Assembly: GCA_034520945.1 (NCBI GenBank)
Contig: JAXHNB010000006.1
Location: forward strand, 64,001 to 128,000
DNA length: 64,000 nt
Origin: Trueperaceae bacterium
Lineage (GTDB): Bacteria > Deinococcota > Deinococci > Deinococcales > Trueperaceae
Direction: 5' to 3'
Positions 56,859 to 64,000 of the stretch are shown here, piece by piece; within the stretch, counting starts at the first letter, position 1; each line of letters begins with the position of its first letter. The notes below the pieces were generated by a model. The model did not search any database. It had not been told where the DNA came from and saw nothing but the letters and a program-made list of their open reading frames with translations. The position numbers and the translations under genes are program-made.

Positions 56859-58792
56859 CCGACGTCGTCGCTTGGGTATCGCTGGCGCCGCTGCTCGCGC
56901 TGGCGGGCGCCCTGATCAACGGCCTGTTCGGCCGCGCGTTGCGCGAGCCGCTCCCCGGCATCGTGGCCACGTTGACGGCCGCGTCCGGCTTCGTGCTGTC
57001 GCTGATCGCGTTCATCGGCCTGCAGGGGCGCGAGGATCCGCGCGTGGCGGTGCCGCTGGGGTCGTACCTGCCGGCGGAGCCGCTGGAGGTGTCGCTCGGC
57101 TTCCTGATCGACCCGCTCAGCGTGCTGATGCTGCTGATCATCACCGGGGTGGGCACGCTCATCCACCTGTACTCCGTCGCCTACATGCACGGCGACGACG
57201 GCTACGCCCGCTACTTCTCGTTCCTGAACCTGTTCCTCGCCGCGATGATGGTGCTGGTCATGGCGGACGGCTTCCTGCTGATGTTCGTCGGTTGGGAGGG
57301 CGTCGGGGTGTGCTCCTACCTGTTGATCGGCTTCTGGTACGGCCGGCGCGAGAACGCCGACGCCGCCCGCAAGGCGTTCATCACCAACCGCGTGGGGGAC
57401 GTCGGGTTCTTGCTGGCGATGTTCGCCTTGTTCGCGACCTTCGGCACGCTGAACATCGCGTCCGTCAACGAAAGCGCCGTGGGCATGGCGTTCGGCTCCG
57501 GCACGCTGACGGTGATCGCGTTGCTGCTCCTGCTGGGCGCGACCGGCAAGTCGGCGCAGCTGCCGCTGCAGGTGTGGCTCCCCGACGCCATGGCCGGCCC
57601 GACGCCGGTGTCCGCCCTGATCCACGCCGCGACCATGGTGACCGCGGGCGTGTACCTGATCGCGCGCACCGCGCCGCTGTTCAGCATGACGCCGTTCGCC
57701 TCCGCCACGGTGGCATGGGTGGGGGCGCTGACTGCCCTGATCGCGGCGTTTGCCGCGCTGGGGCAGACGGACATCAAGAAGATCCTGGCCTACTCGACCA
57801 TCAGCCAGCTCGGCTTCATGTTCGTCGCCGTCGGCGTGGGCGCCTACTGGGTGGCGGTGTTCCACCTGTTCACGCACGCCTTCTTCAAGGGCCTGTTGTT
57901 CCTCGGCGCCGGCTCCGTCATCCACGCCCTGAACGGCGAGCAGGACGTTCGCCGTATGGGGGGGCTGGGGGCGCGAATGCCGATCACGGGCGTCACCAGC
58001 CTGATCGCCACCCTGGCGATCGCCGGCGTGCCGCTGCTGTCCGGCTTCTTCAGCAAGGACGCCATCCTGGCCCACACGCTGAACAGCCAGCACGTGGAGG
58101 GGTACGGCACCACGCTGCTGTACGGTGTTCTGCTGGTGACCGCAGTATTGACGGCGTTCTACATGTTCCGCTGGTACTACGGCATCTTCGGCGGCCGTTC
58201 CCGCGTCGACGCGAAGGTGGCGCAGGGCGTGCACGAGTCGTCCGCCGTCATCACGGTGCCGCTGGCCATCCTCGCCGTGTTCAGCGTGGTGGCCGGCTAC
58301 GTCGGCCTGCCGGCGTTCGCGTTCCCGAACGCGATCGACGGGTGGCTGACGTCCGCGACCCTGGGCGGCCTGACCGAGGTGCCGTTCCATCACCCCGCCG
58401 TGTGGGTGGAGTGGATGTTGGTCCTGGTCTCGATCGCGGCGGCCGGACTGGGCCTGGCGCTGGGCTGGTGGGTGTACGCCGCCAAGCAGGGCGCGCCGGC
58501 CCGCCGCGCCTCGGAGGGGCTGTTGGGCCGCCTGTCGCGCGCCGGCGGCGGGTTCGACCCGCTGTATCGCACCCTGTTCATCGGCTCCGCCGAAGGCACG
58601 GCCGGGGGGGTGGCGGTCCTGGACCGTGACCTCGTCAACCGCGGCCTGCAGGGCGTCGGCACGGCGCTGGGGCTGTTCGGGCGCCTGGCGGCGCGGCTGC
58701 AATCCGGGTACGTACGCGCGTATGCGTTCGCGATGTTCGCGGGGGTGGCCGCCCTCGTGCTCGTGGCCGCCTGGTTGGGGGTGAGGGCATGA
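56855..58792 (+). CDS. nuoL: NADH-quinone oxidoreductase subunit L
   Basis: [43 protein letters not shown] and HAFFK. Confidence 0.96.
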   Translation: MTDVVAWVSLAPLLALAGALINGLFGRALREPLPGIVATLTAASGFVLSLIAFIGLQGREDPRVAVPLGSYLPAEPLEVSLGFLIDPLSVLMLLIITGVGTLIHLYSVAYMHGDDGYARYFSFLNLFLAAMMVLVMADGFLLMFVGWEGVGVCSYLLIGFWYGRRENADAARKAFITNRVGDVGFLLAMFALFATFGTLNIASVNESAVGMAFGSGTLTVIALLLLLGATGKSAQLPLQVWLPDAMAGPTPVSALIHAATMVTAGVYLIARTAPLFSMTPFASATVAWVGALTALIAAFAALGQTDIKKILAYSTISQLGFMFVAVGVGAYWVAVFHLFTHAFFKGLLFLGAGSVIHALNGEQDVRRMGGLGARMPITGVTSLIATLAIAGVPLLSGFFSKDAILAHTLNSQHVEGYGTTLLYGVLLVTAVLTAFYMFRWYYGIFGGRSRVDAKVAQGVHESSAVITVPLAILAVFSVVAGYVGLPAFAFPNAIDGWLTSATLGGLTEVPFHHPAVWVEWMLVLVSIAAAGLGLALGWWVYAAKQGAPARRASEGLLGRLSRAGGGFDPLYRTLFIGSAEGTAGGVAVLDRDLVNRGLQGVGTALGLFGRLAARLQSGYVRAYAFAMFAGVAALVLVAAWLGVRA

Positions 58793-60300
58793 CCGCCGCA
58801 ATGGTCCTGATTCCGCTGATTGCCGCCGCGCTGGTGTGGCGCGCCCCGCGCCGCGCGGCCGGTGCGCTGGCGCTGCTGGCCACCAGCGGCACCTTCGTGC
58901 TGGCGTTGTTCCTGTCCAGCGCGTCGGCGCTGGACCTTGCGTGGCTACCCGCCGCCGGCATCGGGTTCCGCCTGGACCCGGCCGGCGTCGCCTCGGTGCT
59001 GGTGCTGGCCGCCTCTCTCGCGATGATTCCGACCGTGCTGGCGGCCGCCACGCAGGTCGCCCGCTCCACGGGGGCCTTCCTGGCGCTGCTGCTGGCCATG
59101 CAGGCCGGCCTGAACGGGCTGTTCCTGTCCAGCGACCTGGTCCTCACCTACGTGTTCTGGGAGGCGACGCTGTTCTTCAGCGTGTTCCTGCTGGGCGGGT
59201 GGGGCCGCGAGGGCCGGCGCGGCGCCGTCACCAAGTACCTGATCTACGCCGTCGCCGGCTCGTTCCTGATGCTGGTCTCGATCCTGGCGCTGCGCCCGCT
59301 CTCCGGCGCGGAGAGCTACGCCTTCGCCGACCTGCTGCCCGCCACCCGCGCGTTGGACGTCGTCACGCAGGCCTGGCTGTTCGCCGGCTTCGCCGCCGCC
59401 TTCGCCGTGAAGCTGCCGATGTTCCCGCTGCACTCGTGGCTGATCGACTTCCACGATCAGAACCACCCGTCGGGTGCGGCGGACGTGGCCGGCACCCTGT
59501 ACAAGGTGGGCGGGTTCGGCTTCTTCGCCTGGGCCATCCCGCTGTTGCCGCTCGGGGCGCAGGCGTTCCAGCCCTGGATGCTGGCGCTCACCTCCGTCAC
59601 GGCACTGTGGGCGGCGCTGGCCGCCACGCAACAGACCGACCTCAAGCGGCTGCTGGCGTACGCCTCGCTGTCGCACATGGGGCTCGTCGGGGTGGGGCTG
59701 TTCTCGCTCCATCCCGCCGGGATGACCGGCGCGATGGCGTTGCTGGTCGCCCAGATGTTCTCGACCGGCGGGCTGTTCCTGCTCTCGGGCATGCTGTACG
59801 CGCGCCGCGGAAGCTTCGCGCTGGACCGCTTCGGCGGCCTGGCGCGCAGCGCGCCCGCCTTGGCGGCCGTCACCCTGCTGGCGCTGTTCGCCTCGATCGG
59901 GGTGCCGGGCCTGTCCAACTTCCCCGGCGAGTTCATGAGCCTTCTTGGCGCCTTCCAGACCCACGTCGCGGCGGCCGTGCTGGCGACGCTGGCCGTGATC
60001 GCGGCCGGCGCGTACGGCGTGAATCTGTACCAGCGCCTGTACCAGGGGCGCCAGCGTGAGGCCACCCACGACCTCCGCGGCCTGGAGGTGGCGGTGCTGG
60101 CACCCCTCGTCGCCGGCATCCTGTGGATGGGGATCGCCCCCGCGCCGCAGATCGCCCGCACCCACCAGGACACCCGCGTGGCGCTCCAGATGGACGCCGA
60201 CGACGAAGAGGCCGCCGCGCCGGCGGCGGGATGGACGATTCCCGTGGAAGACGAGGAGGAACCGCCCGGCCTGGCCGAGGTTCCCGGGGGTGCACCATGA
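58789..60300 (+). CDS. nuoM: NADH-quinone oxidoreductase subunit M
   Basis: YVFWE, KLPMFPLHSWL, DLKRLLAYASLSHMG and PGLSNFPGEF. Confidence 0.95.
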   Translation: MTAAMVLIPLIAAALVWRAPRRAAGALALLATSGTFVLALFLSSASALDLAWLPAAGIGFRLDPAGVASVLVLAASLAMIPTVLAAATQVARSTGAFLALLLAMQAGLNGLFLSSDLVLTYVFWEATLFFSVFLLGGWGREGRRGAVTKYLIYAVAGSFLMLVSILALRPLSGAESYAFADLLPATRALDVVTQAWLFAGFAAAFAVKLPMFPLHSWLIDFHDQNHPSGAADVAGTLYKVGGFGFFAWAIPLLPLGAQAFQPWMLALTSVTALWAALAATQQTDLKRLLAYASLSHMGLVGVGLFSLHPAGMTGAMALLVAQMFSTGGLFLLSGMLYARRGSFALDRFGGLARSAPALAAVTLLALFASIGVPGLSNFPGEFMSLLGAFQTHVAAAVLATLAVIAAGAYGVNLYQRLYQGRQREATHDLRGLEVAVLAPLVAGILWMGIAPAPQIARTHQDTRVALQMDADDEEAAAPAAGWTIPVEDEEEPPGLAEVPGGAP

Positions 60301-61751
60301 TGATGCCCATCACCGAAGTGTCGATGTGGGCGATCGCGCCCGCCCTGATCGTGCTGGTCACGGCCGCGATCACGCTGCTCGGCGGCCTTTTCGTGCGCGA
60401 CATGCGCATCAGCGGCGGGCTCGCCCTGCTGGGACTCGTGGCCGCCGGCGTGCTGGCGGCCGTGCAGCTGGTGGACGGCCAGGACGCGCCGCTGATGGCG
60501 TTCGGCCTGCAGTGGATCGTGGACACGCCGGCCTCAGCGCTGAGCCTGATCATCCTGCTGGGGGCGGCGCTGTCGGTGCTGGTCGCGTACGACTACCTGG
60601 CGCCCGCCCGGTTGGATCTCCCCGAGTTCTACCCGCTGTTGCTGTTGTCCACCTTCGGCGGCATGGTGATGGTCCACGCCGGCGACCTGATCGTGCTGCT
60701 GTTGGGGCTGGAGATCCTCTCCCTGGCCGCCTACGCGCTGGCGGCGTGGCGCGCCGCCGACGCCACCAGCGAAGAGGCCGGCATGAAGTACTTCCTGCTG
60801 GGCGCGTTCGCCAGCGCCGTGCTGGTGTACGGGATCGCGCTGACGTACGGCGCGGTCGGCGCCTTCGACTACGGCGCCATCGCCGGCGCCCTGGCCGACG
60901 GCGTCGGCCCGATCGGGCTGACGGGCGGGCTGCTGGTGCTGGCCGGCCTGGGGTTCAAGGCGGCGCTGGCGCCGTTCCATCAGTGGGCGCCGGACGTGTA
61001 CACCGGCGCGCCGACGCCCGTCACCACCTTCATGAGCATCGTGATCAAGACCGCCGCGTTCGGGGCGTTGCTGCGCGTCAGCGGCGCCGCCTGGCAGGGC
61101 AACCTGCCCGAGCTCGAGGTCGCCCTGGGCGTGCTGGTGGCGTTGACCGTGGTGATCGGCAACTTCGCGGCGCTTCTGCAGAGCAGCGTCAAGCGCATGC
61201 TGGCCTACTCCGCGGTGGCGCACGCCGGCTACCTGGGCCTGGCCGTGCTGGCGACGGGCGGCCTGGGCACGCCCGCCGCGGTGTGGTACCTGCTGGCGTA
61301 CACCCTGATGAACGCCGGGGCGTTCGCGGTGCTCACCCAAGTGGCCGACGCGAACGACCGGGGCGACGACATCGAAGCGTGGGAGGGGCTGGGGCGCCGC
61401 CGACCGTTGCTGGCGGTGTGCATGACGTTGTTCATGCTCAGCCTGGCCGGCATCCCGCCGCTGGCCGGGTTCACCGGCAAGGTGCTGGTGTTTCAGGCCG
61501 CCCTGGACGCGGGCTATAGCTTCCTGGCCGTCCTGGCGATCCTCACCGCGGTGGTGGCGCTGGTGTACTACTTCCGCGTCGTGGCCGCCATGTGGTTCCG
61601 CGAGGGGCGCGGCCACGTGCGCCCTCGCAGCCCCGCCGCCAACGTGGCGATCGGCATCGCTGCGGTCGGCACCGTGGGGCTGGGCCTGTTCCCCAACCTG
61701 TTCTACGCGCTGCTCGAAGGGGGACGCACGCTGCTGCTGGCGGGCCTCTGA
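60297..61751 (+). CDS. nuoN: NADH-quinone oxidoreductase subunit N
   Basis: EAGMKYFLLG, FK..LAPFHQWAPDVYTGAP, KRMLAYS and SLAGIPPLAGF.GK. Confidence 0.96.
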   Translation: MMMPITEVSMWAIAPALIVLVTAAITLLGGLFVRDMRISGGLALLGLVAAGVLAAVQLVDGQDAPLMAFGLQWIVDTPASALSLIILLGAALSVLVAYDYLAPARLDLPEFYPLLLLSTFGGMVMVHAGDLIVLLLGLEILSLAAYALAAWRAADATSEEAGMKYFLLGAFASAVLVYGIALTYGAVGAFDYGAIAGALADGVGPIGLTGGLLVLAGLGFKAALAPFHQWAPDVYTGAPTPVTTFMSIVIKTAAFGALLRVSGAAWQGNLPELEVALGVLVALTVVIGNFAALLQSSVKRMLAYSAVAHAGYLGLAVLATGGLGTPAAVWYLLAYTLMNAGAFAVLTQVADANDRGDDIEAWEGLGRRRPLLAVCMTLFMLSLAGIPPLAGFTGKVLVFQAALDAGYSFLAVLAILTAVVALVYYFRVVAAMWFREGRGHVRPRSPAANVAIGIAAVGTVGLGLFPNLFYALLEGGRTLLLAGL

Positions 61752-61854
61752 GCGGCCCTCAGCGCAGCGCGAACGTGTCGCCGGCCGCCCCTCGGGGCGG
61801 CCGGCGTCGTGCGCCGCACGGACCGGACGCGACGAGCCCGCGCCGTGCCGGCTC

Positions 61855-62150
61855 CTCGACCGGGACGTCCTTCCTCCCAGGCCAGGATGCCGCCGGCGAC
61901 GTTGACCGCCTCGACCCGTGCGTCAGCAGGAACGCTGTGACGCGGTCGCTGCAGCGCCGCAGGGCGGCATGACCACCTCGCGGTCCTGGGAGCTCGCCTC
62001 CAGCGCTGCATGAAGTCGGAGAGCGGAGCATGACGGCGTTCCGGCGTGCGGTCGGCCGGTACTCGTCCCGTTTCGGCGTGCGTCGACGTTGGTCGCAGCC
62101 CTCCTGGACGCGGCGGCCGTGGCCTCATGCCCGCTTCGGTCTCGAGGCAG
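61855..62150 (-). pseudogene. Degenerate, indel-rich copy of the rhodanese gene at 63200-63523 (or a consensus artefact)
   Basis: Colinear with 63208-63500; 61872-61917 is identical to 63228-63273; peptide fragments PLSDFMQRW and VEAVNVAGGILAWEE survive. Confidence 0.75.
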
Positions 62151-63148
62151 GTGGCGTTCCGCAGCGGAGATCACGTGCTGCGCGGCACGCTCACGCTTCC
62201 TGCCGGCCCCGGCCCGCACCCCGCCGTGATCACCCTGTCGGGCAGCGGCCCGCAGAACCGGGACGGCGAACTGCCCGGCATCCCCGGCTACCGGCCGTTC
62301 GCGCAGGTGGCCGAGCACCTCGCCGAGCGCGGCGTGGCCGTGCTGCGCTACGACGACCGCGGCGTGGCCGCTTCGGAGGGCGACAACGCCACCGCCACCA
62401 GCGGTGACCTGGCCGCATGGACGCCCGGGCGGCCGTCCGCGCCCTGCAGCGCAGGACCGACGTCGACCCGCTCCACATCGGGCTGCTGGGGCACAGCGAA
62501 GGCGGGATGCTGGCCGCGATGGTGGCGTCCCGCGATCCAGGCGTCGCGTTCGTGATCGCGCTGGCCCCGCCGGTGGCCGAGCCCATGGAGGGACTCCTGT
62601 TGCAGGAACGCCGCATGCTCGAGACGGCCGGCCTGCCGGCGCCGCTGGTGGAGGAGCGGGTCGCCATGACGCGGGAGGTGCTGGCGTTGACGCTGGCCCA
62701 GGACTGGCTTCCCTTGGAACGCCTGATCCGAGCGACGGTGCGTGAACAGTTGCAGGCCCTGCCCGAAGCCCAACGCGCCGCGTTCGGCGACCCGGACCAG
62801 GCGACGGAGAGGCTGGTGGCGCAGACCATGACGCAGCAGCGCGGCTGGATGCACTTCTTCCTCACCCACGACGCGAGAGGGGACTGGGCGCGCCTGCACG
62901 CACCGGCCCTCGTCCTGTTCGGCGGCCGGGACGTCCAGGTCGACCTGGAGCTGCACCGCGACGCCCTGTCGTCGCTGGACCGTCCGAACGTGGAGATCGT
63001 CACGGTCGCAGGCGCGAACCATCTGTTCCAGGAGGCCGACACGGGCAGCGTGCTGGAATACGCCGAGCTCGCGCCCGAGCTGACACCCGAGGTGCTGCGC
63101 AGCGTCAGCGCATGGTTGGCGGCGCAGGGCGTGGGCGGGGATCGTTGA
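62127..63148 (+). pseudogene. Alpha/beta hydrolase split by a frameshift near 62417
   Basis: First frame has GTLTLP..GP.PAV..SGSGPQNRD...LRYDDRGV; second frame has GHSEGG (GxSxG), GGRDVQV and ANHLFQ. Confidence 0.8.
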
Positions 63149-63199
63149 GCGATGCGTGCCTTGATTCGGCCATCCTGAGTCCCCTGGCACGCTCCGCCG

Positions 63200-63523
63200 C
63201 TACCCCTTCTCGACCGGCAGCCCCTCCTCCTCCCAGGCCAGGATGCCGCCGGCGACGTTGACCGCCTCGACCCCGCGCGCCAGCAGGAACTCGGTGACGC
63301 GGCCGCTGCGGGCGCCGCTGCGGCACAGCACGACCACCTCGCGGTCCTGGGGGAGCTCGGCCTCCCAGCGCTGCATGAAGTCGGAGAGCGGAAGCAGGCG
63401 GGCGTCCGGCGTGCGGACGGCCCGGTACTCGTCCCGTTCGCGGACGTCGACGAAGGCGCTGCCCGCCTGGACGCGGCGGCGGGCCTCGTGCACGTCGATC
63501 TCGGGGGCAGGGTCGTCGGGCAT
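63200..63523 (-). CDS. Single-domain rhodanese-like sulfurtransferase
   Basis: VDVRERDEY, active-site loop CRSGARS and NVAGGILAW; ATG 6 nt after TATCAT. Confidence 0.92.
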   Translation of the reverse strand: MPDDPAPEIDVHEARRRVQAGSAFVDVRERDEYRAVRTPDARLLPLSDFMQRWEAELPQDREVVVLCRSGARSGRVTEFLLARGVEAVNVAGGILAWEEEGLPVEKG

Positions 63524-63571
63524 GCCGGGATGATATCTGCGCGGCCGGAGACGGGTGCTAGCCTGCCCTGC

Positions 63572-64000
63572 ATGGATTCGACGCGCGCCTGGTTGCGCGA
63601 TCTGCTCGGCGACCAGGACCCCACCGAGGTGTTGCGCACCACGCCCACGCGCCTGGAGGCGTGGGCCAGCGACCGCGAGACGGTCTGGGACGTTCCGTGG
63701 CGGCCGGGCGGCTGGACGGCGCGAACGATCGTGGCGCACCTGTGCGACCGGGAGATCGGCTTCGCCTTCCGCGCCCGCAACGTGGTGTCGGCGGCGCATC
63801 CCCCGCACGTGGTCCAGACGTACGACCCGGACGCCTGGTCGGCCGACTACGCCCGGCTGGATCCCGCCCTGGCGGTCGAGGCGTTCCGGGGCCTGCGGGC
63901 GTGGAACCTCGCCTGGCTGGCGCGCCGCGACCTGCAGGACTGGCTGCGGCCCTACCGCCACCCCGAGCGGGCGGGGGAGGAGACCCTGGACGAGATGGTG
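63572..64000 (+). CDS. DinB/YfiT-like family protein (3'-truncated by the window edge)
   Basis: Manual translation MDSTRAWLRDLLGDQDP...WRPGGWTARTIVAHLCDRE...FRGLRAWNL...HPERAGE; not in the ORF track because no stop lies in the window. Confidence 0.8.
   Translation, partial: MDSTRAWLRDLLGDQDPTEVLRTTPTRLEAWASDRETVWDVPWRPGGWTARTIVAHLCDREIGFAFRARNVVSAAHPPHVVQTYDPDAWSADYARLDPALAVEAFRGLRAWNLAWLARRDLQDWLRPYRHPERAGEETLDEMV

Noticed and set aside
61855..63500. Diversity-generating retroelement template/variable repeat pair
   Set aside because: The differences are mostly indels and are not adenine-specific, and no reverse transcriptase gene is nearby.

Overview
Very GC-rich (roughly 70%+ by eye) bacterial chromosome segment. 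Gene families and promoter architecture point to Deinococcota, probably a Truepera/Trueperaceae-like organism (inference). It is almost all core housekeeping: gatA (partial); rpmH-rnpA-yidD-yidC-khpB-prmC; a sugar ABC importer; lspA; a large NAD-glutamate dehydrogenase; hemW; ftsK; an HD-GYP phosphodiesterase; mreD-pbp2-minC; an Rrf2/C26/tyrA operon; purA; a GlpSTPQUV-type glycerol ABC importer; citrate synthase; 2-oxoacid dehydrogenase E1a/E1b/E2; ppdK; and a full nuoA-N complex I operon. I found no CRISPR array, tRNA/rRNA, integrase or transposase, and no clearly new multi-gene system. The best leads are an unannotated 51-aa hydrophobic ORF between nuoD and nuoE, loss of all four N7 cluster cysteines in NuoG, an indel-ridden second copy of the rhodanese gene flanking a frameshifted hydrolase, about ten apparently leaderless genes, a structured ~190-nt rpmH leader, and an asymmetric ABC ATPase pair.
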